Source: a virus (Duplodnaviria; Caudoviricetes). From it: 34,519 nucleotides of DNA. Both the position numbers and the translations under genes were made by a program. The notes under the pieces are model-generated. The model was not told where the DNA came from. It saw only the letters and a program-made list of their open reading frames with translations, and searched no databases. This document shows positions 7,963 through 15,140 of the stretch, in pieces; the stretch's first letter is position 1, and every line of letters begins with the position of its first letter. The DNA lies in the IMG/VR virus record IMGVR_UViG_3300044507_000064, positions 1-34,519 of that record; one strand, given 5' to 3'.

Positions 7963-9387
7963 TCAGAAGATCCTCGCTGGGGAGCTGCGCGGCCCGGTGA
8001 CGGCGCCGACGGCCCGGATGGCGGCCAGAAGTGCGGTGATCGGCCGATCGGCCTTCGTCGGGACGGCCATCCAGCCTGCTCCGATAGCATGACGGGTCGC
8101 CCAGGGCAGATCGGCGCCGATGGCATCTTCCGTGCCCTGCCAGCGCAGCTTGCGGCCCTCGGCCAGGCGGACGAACTCGGTGGATGCGTTGACGAACTCG
8201 CGCCCGGTGACGCGCGTCGCGCGGTCGAAGTAGCGCAGGAGCGGTTCGGAGTACGGATCTCCGGCGACGCGCGAAACGCCGATGCGCCGGGCGAGCTTCA
8301 CGAGTTCGGGACCGAAGGCCTCGAGGTCGATGGGTTCGCCGTGGACGTCGGCCGTGACCTCGAGGCGCACGCGGTCCTCTTCCTGCCAGGCGATGACGGC
8401 CGAGGCGCGGAGAGAGTTCACGTCCAGCCCGACGGCCATCATCGGGCGGACGGGGCGCACGACCTCGGCCTGCGCGTCCTCCCAGAGTTCGCCCGCAAGG
8501 AGCGCCGGTTGCGTCGTCGTCACCCAACGGCAGAGGTGCTCGGTCTCGAAGGTGGCGAGTGTGCCCGCGAGGCGGTGCTTCGTGTAGGCGGCCTCGAGCG
8601 TCTTCTGCACCGCGGGGTAATGGCCCATCGCGGGGTTCGCCTCAAGCCAGCCGGCGATCTCGTCGGGCTTGCGGGCGGGGTCGGCCGACCATTCGAGGAA
8701 GCACAGCGAGGGATCGGCGGCCCGTCGGTCCCGCACGGAGTTGAGGACGACGCTCGCATCGGAGCCGGCATTCGAGAAGTAGACGAGCTGCGGGTCGGTC
8801 GACATCGTGAGCGTCGGCTCGATGGCGCCCATCGACTCGAAGTCGTCGAACTCGAGCAGCTCGTCGATGACGACGAGGTCGTTCGACCAGCCGCGCGCAC
8901 CGCCCCGGGATGACGCGGCGATGCGATAGCTCCCGCCGTTCGTGAGGACGATCTCCTCCTGTCCGGCTCCGAAGCGCGGCCAGATCGTCTTGCCGCGCCG
9001 CTTGGGGAAGAGCTCGGGCTTGGCCGAGAGCGCGTCCGCGATCGTCGCGAACATGCGCCGCGGGAGTTCGCGCGTCTGCGCGATGTGCATGACCTTCTTG
9101 CCCTCGTCGAGCGCCTTGACGATGAGCGGCTCGGCGAGCGTCGTCTTGCCGTTCTGCCGGGCGACGACGATGCATACCTCGCGGTAGAGATGCAGGCTAC
9201 CGGATCCCTTCGCGGTCAGGTAGCGCCCCGCCACTTCCTGCCACGGCATGAGCGTCCGGCCAGTCAGCCGCGCCGCCTCGCGGAACTTCGCCAGGTCGGA
9301 GCGCGCCGGCGTCGGCGGGGCGATGCGCGGCTTGGCGTGGCCGAGCGGCTCAGGGCGGCGACGCGGCGCCCGCGCGGCGAGGGTCAC
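7963..9387 (-). CDS. terL: Terminase large subunit
   Basis: LMPWQ (Q motif), VARQNGKT (Walker A), LVVIDE (Walker B), SNAG (motif III), W..ANP, FETEHL, nuclease domain MAVGLD. Confidence 0.93.
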   Translation of the reverse strand: MTLAARAPRRRPEPLGHAKPRIAPPTPARSDLAKFREAARLTGRTLMPWQEVAGRYLTAKGSGSLHLYREVCIVVARQNGKTTLAEPLIVKALDEGKKVMHIAQTRELPRRMFATIADALSAKPELFPKRRGKTIWPRFGAGQEEIVLTNGGSYRIAASSRGGARGWSNDLVVIDELLEFDDFESMGAIEPTLTMSTDPQLVYFSNAGSDASVVLNSVRDRRAADPSLCFLEWSADPARKPDEIAGWLEANPAMGHYPAVQKTLEAAYTKHRLAGTLATFETEHLCRWVTTTQPALLAGELWEDAQAEVVRPVRPMMAVGLDVNSLRASAVIAWQEEDRVRLEVTADVHGEPIDLEAFGPELVKLARRIGVSRVAGDPYSEPLLRYFDRATRVTGREFVNASTEFVRLAEGRKLRWQGTEDAIGADLPWATRHAIGAGWMAVPTKADRPITALLAAIRAVGAVTGPRSSPARIF

Positions 9388-9779
9388 GATGCGGATACCC
9401 CCAGACCAGGTGTCGCCGCTCTCTGTGGTCCTGCTGGACGCTCCGGCGTTCTCCGGGAGTAATCGCCTGTCAGCGGCGCATAGCGGGAGTTGCGTGTAGA
9501 TATCCCGTCAAGGGTGGCGGTATTGACGTTCCCAGGGCTAAAAACGGACCGCCTCTTTCGCAGCGCAGCAGCAGGACGCGCACCCTTGCGCTGGTTGCAC
9601 CGAGCGCAGGCAGCGACGAGGTTGGCACGATCGAGACGCGCTCCACCCTGCGCCGCTGCCTGGACGTGGTCGACCTGTGTCGCCAGCCCGCCGCAGTAAC
9701 GGCAGCGATGGCCGTCGCGCCGCAGCACCTCACGCCGCGCCTTGCGCCAGGGCCGACCCTGCCGGAAGTCGTATGCCAC
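9384..9779 (-). CDS. Terminase-associated HNH endonuclease
   Basis: WRKARREVLRRDGHRCRYCG..ATQVDHV...GG....NLVAACARCN; directly upstream of terL. Confidence 0.9.
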   Translation of the reverse strand: MAYDFRQGRPWRKARREVLRRDGHRCRYCGGLATQVDHVQAAAQGGARLDRANLVAACARCNQRKGARPAAALRKRRSVFSPGNVNTATLDGISTRNSRYAPLTGDYSRRTPERPAGPQRAATPGLGVSAS

Positions 9780-9866
9780 TCACTTGCCCTTGGGCTTGGG
9801 CGCAGGCGGACGGTTGCCCTTGAGCCGCTGATCCGCCGGTGTGCCCTTGCTCGGCTTGCCGCCCAT
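9780..9866 (-). CDS. 28-aa basic micropeptide MGGKPSKGTPADQRLKGNRPPAPKPKGK
   Basis: Below ORF-track cutoff. SD AAGGAGG 5 nt before ATG 9866; TGA abuts the HNH start codon. Confidence 0.7.
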   Translation of the reverse strand: MGGKPSKGTPADQRLKGNRPPAPKPKGK

Positions 9867-9951
9867 CGCTGCCTCCTTCTAGTTCGTGCGCCAGTAGTGG
9901 CCGATCGTCGCCCCAGCAGCCGCGCTCGCCCCTCAGTTCGATGACGTACAC

Positions 9952-10098
9952 CTACACCGCTCCCGCGCCTGCCCAGAAAGCGAGGCCCACGAGAGCAGCG
10001 CCTTCTGCGTTGATGCTGCTGAGGAAGCCGAAGGCCACGAGCGCAGCGATAACGAAGCAGATGGCGGCGGCCAGATGCAGCAGCTTCACGGCAGGCAT
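9952..10098 (-). CDS. Small 2-TM membrane protein (lysis cassette), 48 aa
   Basis: MPAVKLLHLAAAICFVIAALVAFGF...AALVGLAFWAGAGAV; TGATG coupling. Confidence 0.7.
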   Translation of the reverse strand: MPAVKLLHLAAAICFVIAALVAFGFLSSINAEGAALVGLAFWAGAGAV

Positions 10099-10340
10099 CA
10101 GGGCACCGGGTTGGGCTGCGACTGGCCGAGCGTCACGGCGCGCTCTGTGCTGCGCTGCGCCGCTGCGGTGCCCTCCTTCTGGAAGGCCCATCCGACGATG
10201 ATGCCGACGATGCCCGTGATGAAGGGGACGAGCTGCTCAGACGGCACCTGTGAGGGCACCATGAGCAGGACGAACGAGCCCACGAGCACGAGGCCCGCGA
10301 TGGCGTAGGTGGCGAGGAGCCTGATCGTGTCGGTCTGCAT
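10098..10340 (-). CDS. Holin-like 2-TM protein, 80 aa
   Basis: Two hydrophobic segments then a polar tail; TGATG coupling; downstream of endolysin. Confidence 0.65.
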   Translation of the reverse strand: MQTDTIRLLATYAIAGLVLVGSFVLLMVPSQVPSEQLVPFITGIVGIIVGWAFQKEGTAAAQRSTERAVTLGQSQPNPVP

Positions 10341-10648
10341 CACGCCACCGGCGGCTCGGTAGGGGCCGGCTCGTAGATCGCCTTCACCTGGGCGTCGACG
10401 TCAGCCACGGTGGCCGTGAGGGCTGCGAGCTCCTCGTCGGTGACCTGACCTGCGGTGAGCGTGGCGAGCTGCGCCTGGAGGTCGGTCACGGTCACGCCGA
10501 GCGCGGCAAGCGCGTCGAGGACCTGCTGATGCTCTGCCGCCGCGTCCGCGCTGACGCTCTCGAGCGCTGCCTGGATGATGTCGAGTCGTGCCATCGTTGC
10601 CTTCTCCTGTCGCTTCAGCCGTTTCCTGAGCCAGAACCACTCACTCAT
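10340..10648 (-). CDS. Coiled-coil hypothetical protein, 102 aa
   Basis: Basic aromatic N-terminus, Ala/Leu/Gln/Asp heptad-like body; possible second start at MARLD with AGGAG upstream. Confidence 0.65.
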   Translation of the reverse strand: MSEWFWLRKRLKRQEKATMARLDIIQAALESVSADAAAEHQQVLDALAALGVTVTDLQAQLATLTAGQVTDEELAALTATVADVDAQVKAIYEPAPTEPPVA

Positions 10649-10817
10649 GGGCGGCCCACCTCCGACGCATCCAGACCGCGCCCGCGATGAGCGCCCAAAC
10701 CGCGAAGAAGACGGGCACCGGGTGGGGCCAGCCTGAGATGCCGTAGGGGTCGAGCGAGCCGAGGACGATGGCGTAAAGGATCCCGATCGCCACGGCGGGC
10801 CAGAGCGTCCATCGCAT
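10641..10817 (-). CDS. Small 2-TM membrane protein, 58 aa
   Basis: MRWTLWPAVAIGILYAIVLGSL...VFFAVWALIAGAVWMRRRW; TGATG coupling at 10817. Confidence 0.7.
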   Translation of the reverse strand: MRWTLWPAVAIGILYAIVLGSLDPYGISGWPHPVPVFFAVWALIAGAVWMRRRWAAHE

Positions 10818-11002
10818 CACACCGTGAACAGGTGGCCGAGCAGGATGCCCAGCCCGATGCCGACGAGGAAGCCGATCGGCGGCCAGCGCTTCGAGAACGC
10901 CCAGACCTGTTCCGAGATCGTGGGTCGCCCATGCTGCGCCTGCCATACCTCGTAGATCGCGAGGAGGACGAAGGCGCCGACCAGGACCGCGACGATGAAC
11001 AT
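10817..11002 (-). CDS. Small 2-TM membrane protein (holin candidate), 61 aa
   Basis: MFIVAVLVGAFVLLAIYE...TISE..W....IGFLVGIGLGILLGHLF; immediately after endolysin. Confidence 0.7.
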   Translation of the reverse strand: MFIVAVLVGAFVLLAIYEVWQAQHGRPTISEQVWAFSKRWPPIGFLVGIGLGILLGHLFTV

Positions 11003-12027
11003 CAGGTCAACGGGCTCGTTGCGATGACCGTGACGTCCGCCGCGTTCACCCTGACCGTCTGCTGGACGCCGCCGGTGCTGATGACCGCCGCGTACTGCGT
11101 CGTGCTGACCTTGTGGGGCGAGTAGACGCGGGCGGGCTTCGTGCCGCCGAGCTTCACGAGCGGGGCGTTCGTATCGGGCGCGTAGAACTGTGTGCCGACC
11201 GGGACGGAGAGCAGGCGAGCGACCTTGTCGATGGCTGGCAGCACGTCAGGACCTCCGGGTGTCGGGGCGTCGAGCTTGTCCGTCACGTGCCAGCCTTCGG
11301 CCCACATGTAGGAGCGGTCCCAGAAGGCCGGGTCCATGTCGAAATGGCCCGCGATCGGGTGATGACCCCAGGCGGCCCCCCAGGTCTGGTGGAACGTGAA
11401 GCGCAGGACCCCGTTGAGCGTCCGCCAGCCGCAGGCCGAGTAGGCGTGGCCGCCGACGAGCGTGCCGATCGGCGCCTTGAGGCAGCCGGCCGCGTCGGTC
11501 AGGCCCCAGTTCGCGTCCCAGCCCGAGTCGAGCTGCGTCGGGCCGAGCTGGCGGATCGTCGCCTGGAGGAGCGCGATGAAGGCGTCCGACTTCGTCGGCG
11601 TCGGGAGGCCGTAGTAGCCGGTGATCGTCCGGGCCACGCCATCGGTCGTCACCCAGCCGCGAGCCTTGACCGAATCCCAGAGCTGGGGCGGCCAGAGGCC
11701 TGGCGACGTGTCGTTCGGGTCGCCGTTCTCGGTCTTGACGCGCTTGTACGTGGCCTGGTAGTCGATGGCGCCCTTGGGCACGACCCGGCCCTCGTCGAGG
11801 ACCTCCTGGCCGTCCTGGACGTAGGAGCCAGAGGCCGAGACGCAGGACCCCAGCGGGAACTGGTCGATCGTGTAGGACGGACACATCGGCGAGTGGAACG
11901 TCGGCTCGGGGTCGATCGCCGTCGGCGGGGCGAGAAGCAGCTCGATCGGCCAGGCCTTGGCGAGCTTCTCGCGCGGCGTCGGCAGCCCACCGAGCGGGTA
12001 GGGGAACGGCGCGAGATCGTCAGCCAT
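11002..12027 (-). CDS. Papain-like (C1-type) cysteine peptidase, probable endolysin
   Basis: DQFPLGSCVS (oxyanion Gln, catalytic Cys), GGHAYSACGW (His), HQTWGAAWG (NSWG-like), Pro-rich linker, ~80-aa C-terminal putative binding domain. Start ATG 12027 (MADDLAPF). Confidence 0.75.
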   Translation of the reverse strand: MADDLAPFPYPLGGLPTPREKLAKAWPIELLLAPPTAIDPEPTFHSPMCPSYTIDQFPLGSCVSASGSYVQDGQEVLDEGRVVPKGAIDYQATYKRVKTENGDPNDTSPGLWPPQLWDSVKARGWVTTDGVARTITGYYGLPTPTKSDAFIALLQATIRQLGPTQLDSGWDANWGLTDAAGCLKAPIGTLVGGHAYSACGWRTLNGVLRFTFHQTWGAAWGHHPIAGHFDMDPAFWDRSYMWAEGWHVTDKLDAPTPGGPDVLPAIDKVARLLSVPVGTQFYAPDTNAPLVKLGGTKPARVYSPHKVSTTQYAAVISTGGVQQTVRVNAADVTVIATSPLT

Positions 12028-12253
12028 CGGTGCAGCCTCGCGGGCCGAAGCACGACTCGCAGAGCGCCTCGGGCGGGACGTTCTCGATCGAGCCGATGAC
12101 GAGCTCGGCGTGGAGGTCGAGCTCGTGGCAGGAGCGGACGTGGTCACCGAGCAGGAACGCCCGGTGATAGGTCCCGCGGTGCTCGAGGTAGAGCACGCCT
12201 GCCTGGAGCGGCAGGGCGATCTCGGCGAGCTCGGCCTCGAGGACGGCGCTCAT
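12020..12253 (-). CDS. Hypothetical protein with His/Cys residues, 77 aa
   Basis: Coupled overlaps; HR...SCH...LCESCF. Confidence 0.65.
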   Translation of the reverse strand: MSAVLEAELAEIALPLQAGVLYLEHRGTYHRAFLLGDHVRSCHELDLHAELVIGSIENVPPEALCESCFGPRGCTDG

Positions 12254-12588
12254 GGCGCTACGTCCACCCGCGGGTCATGGCGCCCGACGACGCAGAAGCC
12301 GCAGACCGGCACGGGGACGTCGATCGCGCAGCCGCAGCCGCAGGCGCAAGAGACGGCAGGGGCCGGGAGCGGGCGAGGGAAGCCTGCCGGGGCGGTGACG
12401 AGGCTCGGATCCTCGCCACGTTCCCTCGCCCGCTCTCGGGCCCGGCGGAGGCGTTCACGTTCGCGGTACTCCGGGTGTGCCGCCTTCCAGGCCCGCCAGT
12501 ACGCGCGTCGGTACTCGGGGTCGTGGATCCGGCCGCCACGACTGCCGGGGCCGGTCGGGAGGCGGTTGCCCATGGGACGCTCGGCCAC
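12250..12588 (-). CDS. Hypothetical Arg-rich protein with C-terminal Cys cluster
   Basis: YRRAYWRAWKAAHPEYRERE helix, CACGCGC...CGFC. Start uncertain (GTG 12588 or ATG 12573). Confidence 0.6.
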   Translation of the reverse strand: MAERPMGNRLPTGPGSRGGRIHDPEYRRAYWRAWKAAHPEYRERERLRRARERARERGEDPSLVTAPAGFPRPLPAPAVSCACGCGCAIDVPVPVCGFCVVGRHDPRVDVAP

Positions 12589-12589
12589 C

Positions 12590-12907
12590 TCACGTCGCCC
12601 TCCGCCACTCGAGCGTCGCCGCGAGGGCGATCCCGCCGGCGACCAGGGCACCGCGACAGGCGAAGGCGATCGCGGTGAACGCCTGGTGCCACGGATCGCC
12701 AGGCGCATGGAGCTCCGTCAATGCATCGGCGACGAGCTCGAGTCCCGCGATGACGAGGAGCGAGTCGATCAGCAGCAGGCGGCTCATGTCTCGTTGGTGC
12801 CAGCGGCGGTGAAGCCGGTAGCGCGCGAGCAGGAGGGTGACGAAGGCCGCCAGGCCTAGCGTCGCGAGCACGAGCTGGATCTCCCGCTCATCGACCGCCA
12901 CGTTCAT
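12590..12907 (-). CDS. 3-TM membrane protein, 105 aa
   Basis: ATG 12907 after GAGG; three hydrophobic stretches. Confidence 0.65.
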   Translation of the reverse strand: MNVAVDEREIQLVLATLGLAAFVTLLLARYRLHRRWHQRDMSRLLLIDSLLVIAGLELVADALTELHAPGDPWHQAFTAIAFACRGALVAGGIALAATLEWRRAT

Positions 12908-13121
12908 CCTCGTCGTCTTTCCGGGGCCGAGATAGTCCCGGGATGACGACCTCGTACCCAAGTTGGAGCAGGACTGCGCCAGAGAGCAGGGCGACGAGCG
13001 GCAGGTCGCTCCCACGCACCGGGTCGAGAACCACGATCACGACCAGGCCCAGGAAGGCGACGATCGACACGACGCGCAGCCAGCGGACGAGCGGATCCCG
13101 CCCGCCCCACAGCATCCCCAC
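12888..13121 (-). CDS. 2-TM membrane protein with charged tail, ~77 aa (first gene of late operon)
   Basis: SD AGGAG upstream; two TM segments followed by RPRKDDEDERGGR. Confidence 0.65.
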   Translation of the reverse strand: MGMLWGGRDPLVRWLRVVSIVAFLGLVVIVVLDPVRGSDLPLVALLSGAVLLQLGYEVVIPGLSRPRKDDEDERGGR

Positions 13122-13349
13122 CCGCGGCGGTGCTCCTATGCACCAGGTAGGCGCCGGAGATGCGCGGCGGCTGTGGCTGGCCGTTCATCGCACATCCGCG
13201 GCCGCCGCCCTGAACGGCGGGAAGGAGGTGCCCGGCGTTACGGCGCCGGGCTGCCGGGCGAGCCTGGAGGCACAGATGGCGCTCGCCAGTAGATGGTTAG
13301 GACGGCCCGGCTCACGGCCGTCCTCGTGATCTGCCGACACTGTCACGCC
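13122..13349 (-). other. Multi-hairpin intergenic region (late-operon leader or ncRNA candidate)
   Basis: Successive stems AGGACGGCC/GGCCGTCCT, GGCGAGC/GCTCGCC, GCCCGGCG/CGCCGGGC, CCGCC/GGCGG, GGTGC/GCACC. Confidence 0.5.
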
Positions 13350-13589
13350 CTACAGCGTGTCCTCGTCGCCTCCCGTGACGCTAGTAGGAGTAGTACTAGG
13401 GCCATTCGGCCCCCAGACGAGCCGGGCGGCGGCGCCGAGGTGGTCGACGCCGAGCTTGCGATAGGCGGCTCCGAGGTGGCGATCGACCGTATGAACCGTC
13501 ACGCCCAGGGCGTGAGCGGTGGCTCGCCGGCTACCGCCGGGACGCGTACACAGCTCGAGGACCTCCAGCTCGCGCTCGGTCAGGTCCAT
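13350..13589 (-). CDS. Stand-alone LuxR/GerE-type HTH regulator (probable late activator), 79 aa
   Basis: LTERELEVLEL...TAHALGVTVHTVDRHLGAAYRKLGV is the LuxR C-terminal HTH signature; no receiver domain. Confidence 0.85.
   Translation of the reverse strand: MDLTERELEVLELCTRPGGSRRATAHALGVTVHTVDRHLGAAYRKLGVDHLGAAARLVWGPNGPSTTPTSVTGGDEDTL
13354..13399 (-). promoter_or_regulatory. Candidate activator box and late promoter
   Basis: AT-rich inverted repeat CTAGTA-N7-TACTAG (13381-13399), 21 nt upstream of a weak -10 CACGCT (13354-13359). Confidence 0.45.
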
Positions 13590-13606
13590 CGCCCCGCGGC
13601 GACCGA

Positions 13607-13784
13607 ACCCCTATCGGGGTCCCTATCGTGTCGGAGGGTGTCGGTTCCTGGCATGAACAGACGTGCTGTTCGTGCGGGGTGGTGGGGTGGCCTACGGGGC
13701 TTGAACCCGTAACCTTCGGAGCCACAATCCTCCGACGACGCGCACGCCCGAAGCGATTCCGTACCCCTAACGGGACCCCTAACT
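13607..13784. mobile_element. attP region with paired integrase arm-type repeats
   Basis: ACCCCTATCG/GTCCCTATCG (13607-13616, 13619-13628) and ACCCCTAACG/ACCCCTAACT (13763-13772, 13775-13784), both pairs with 12-bp period, flank the tRNA fragment at the integrase 3' end. Confidence 0.8.
13683..13730 (-). tRNA. 3' half of tRNA-His(GUG), attP common core (not an intact tRNA)
   Basis: GGATTGTGGCTCCGAAGGTTACGGGTTCAAGCCCCGTAGGCCACCCCA: GTG anticodon loop, T-arm GGTTCAAG, His-type CCCA end. No D-arm or 5' acceptor strand upstream. Confidence 0.88.
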
Positions 13785-14840
13785 CGTTCGACGCTTGCCG
13801 ATCGAGCGGATCGCGGCCGACTGACGCTCGGGGACGACATGGGCGTAGATGCGGGCCGTGAGCGCCGGGTTGCGGTGCCCGAGCTGCTCCGCGATGTCCC
13901 GCATCGGGACGCCGTCGGCAAGCAGCAGCGTCGCCACGCCGTGGCGGAGGAGGTGCGGATGGATGCGTCCCAGCCCGGCAGCCTCGAGGATCCGGGGCAG
14001 GGCGTGGCTGACCGTATAGCCGGCCAGGCGATCGCCAGAGCGCGGGCCGAAGAAGACGGGCTCGTCTCGCCCGCGGCGGGGAGCTGCGGCGATCGCCTCG
14101 CGCAGGGCGACGACGGCATCGTCGCTGATCGGCACCGCCCGGACGCGCGTCTTGCTGCGCCGCACCTGGAGGTAGGCCCGCTCGAGCTGGCAGTCGCCCT
14201 GGTCGAGCCCGAGCGCCTCGCCGAGACGCAGGCCGGATCCCAGCAGGAGCCGCACGAGCGGTCCGAGGAAGGTCCCGGCGGTGGCGTCGACGATCGCGTC
14301 GCGAGCTTCGGGTGTGAGGGCGCGGACGGGCTCGCGCTCGATCCGCGGGAGGGCCACGCCGTCGGCCGGGTTGTCGAGGATCGTCCGGTCGGCCTTCGCG
14401 TCGTTGAGCGCGACAGAGAGCGTCCGGATGATGAGGTGGATCGTGCCGGCGGACAGGCCCCTGCGCTCGAGATCGGCGACGAGCCGGCGGACATCGCGTG
14501 GGGCGAGCTTGCCGAGCGCGATCCCGCCGAGCAGCGGGCCGATGTGGTTGTCGATGTGGCCCTGGTAGGACACCCGGGTCGACGGCCGGATCTTTCGCCC
14601 GTGGTCGACGATCCATTCACGGAGGTAGGTGTCGAGCGTGTCGCTGGCCGGATGCCCGCCCTGCCCGTAGATGCGGCGCAGCCGCTCGAGCTCGGCGTCG
14701 GCCTCGGCGCGCGTGCGGCACTTGACGCGCTTGTCGAGCCGGCGTCCGTCCACGACGCCCAGCGGGTAGCGGGCGACCCATCGCCGCTCGGAGCGAAGGA
14801 AGTAGACGGTGCCCTCCCCGCGGCGTCCTCTGCGCGCCAT
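13779..14840 (-). CDS. int: Tyrosine integrase
   Basis: RRGEGTVY arm-binding N-terminus; catalytic R (GLRLGE), K (SKT), HLLRH, LGH, IYAH. Start ATG 14840 or GTG 14846. Confidence 0.95.
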   Translation of the reverse strand: MARRGRRGEGTVYFLRSERRWVARYPLGVVDGRRLDKRVKCRTRAEADAELERLRRIYGQGGHPASDTLDTYLREWIVDHGRKIRPSTRVSYQGHIDNHIGPLLGGIALGKLAPRDVRRLVADLERRGLSAGTIHLIIRTLSVALNDAKADRTILDNPADGVALPRIEREPVRALTPEARDAIVDATAGTFLGPLVRLLLGSGLRLGEALGLDQGDCQLERAYLQVRRSKTRVRAVPISDDAVVALREAIAAAPRRGRDEPVFFGPRSGDRLAGYTVSHALPRILEAAGLGRIHPHLLRHGVATLLLADGVPMRDIAEQLGHRNPALTARIYAHVVPERQSAAIRSIGKRRTS

Positions 14841-14847
14841 GCCCACA

Positions 14848-15027
14848 TCATGCGCCCCCGCGGCGCTGCTGCGCGGCCACGAACGCCTCGAGCTCGCGCT
14901 CCGTGACCAAGCGACGGCTCCCGATCGGCACGACCCGGATCCGGCCGGCGCGGACGAGCCGCTCGAGCGTCCGCCGGCTGATGCGGAGACGGTCGGCGGC
15001 CTCGGCGAGCGTGAAGAGCTGGGTCAT
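14848..15027 (-). CDS. xis: Excisionase-family HTH protein, 59 aa
   Basis: LFTLAEAADRLRISRRTLERLVRAGRI....IGSRRLV; immediately upstream of int. Confidence 0.85.
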   Translation of the reverse strand: MTQLFTLAEAADRLRISRRTLERLVRAGRIRVVPIGSRRLVTERELEAFVAAQQRRGGA

Positions 15028-15140
15028 CGCCGCCTCGGGCATCCTCGATGCCACTTCACCTTCTCGCCCCGGACGCCCACGACGAAGCCGAAGTGCTGCC
15101 ACGGCCAGATCCACCCCGCGCAGTACAGGCAGCGGGTCAT
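15024..15140 (-). CDS. 38-aa zinc-finger micro-protein
   Basis: MTRCLYCAGWIWPWQHFGFVVGVRGEKVKWHRGCPRRR; CxxC...HxxC; ATGA overlaps at both ends. Confidence 0.65.
   Translation of the reverse strand: MTRCLYCAGWIWPWQHFGFVVGVRGEKVKWHRGCPRRR

Noticed and set aside
6366-8126. ORF-track long N-terminal extensions (portal from 8126, GT from 3170, endolysin from 12147, and others)
   Set aside because: They overlap upstream genes with low-complexity sequence; downstream starts coupled to upstream stops fit better.
9730-9951. 73-aa ORF MYVIELRGERG...
   Set aside because: No SD; overlaps the better-supported 28-aa peptide and the HNH start in another frame.
13683-13760. Intact phage tRNA-His gene
   Set aside because: Only the anticodon loop to CCA is present; upstream sequence cannot form the D-arm or pair with the acceptor stem.
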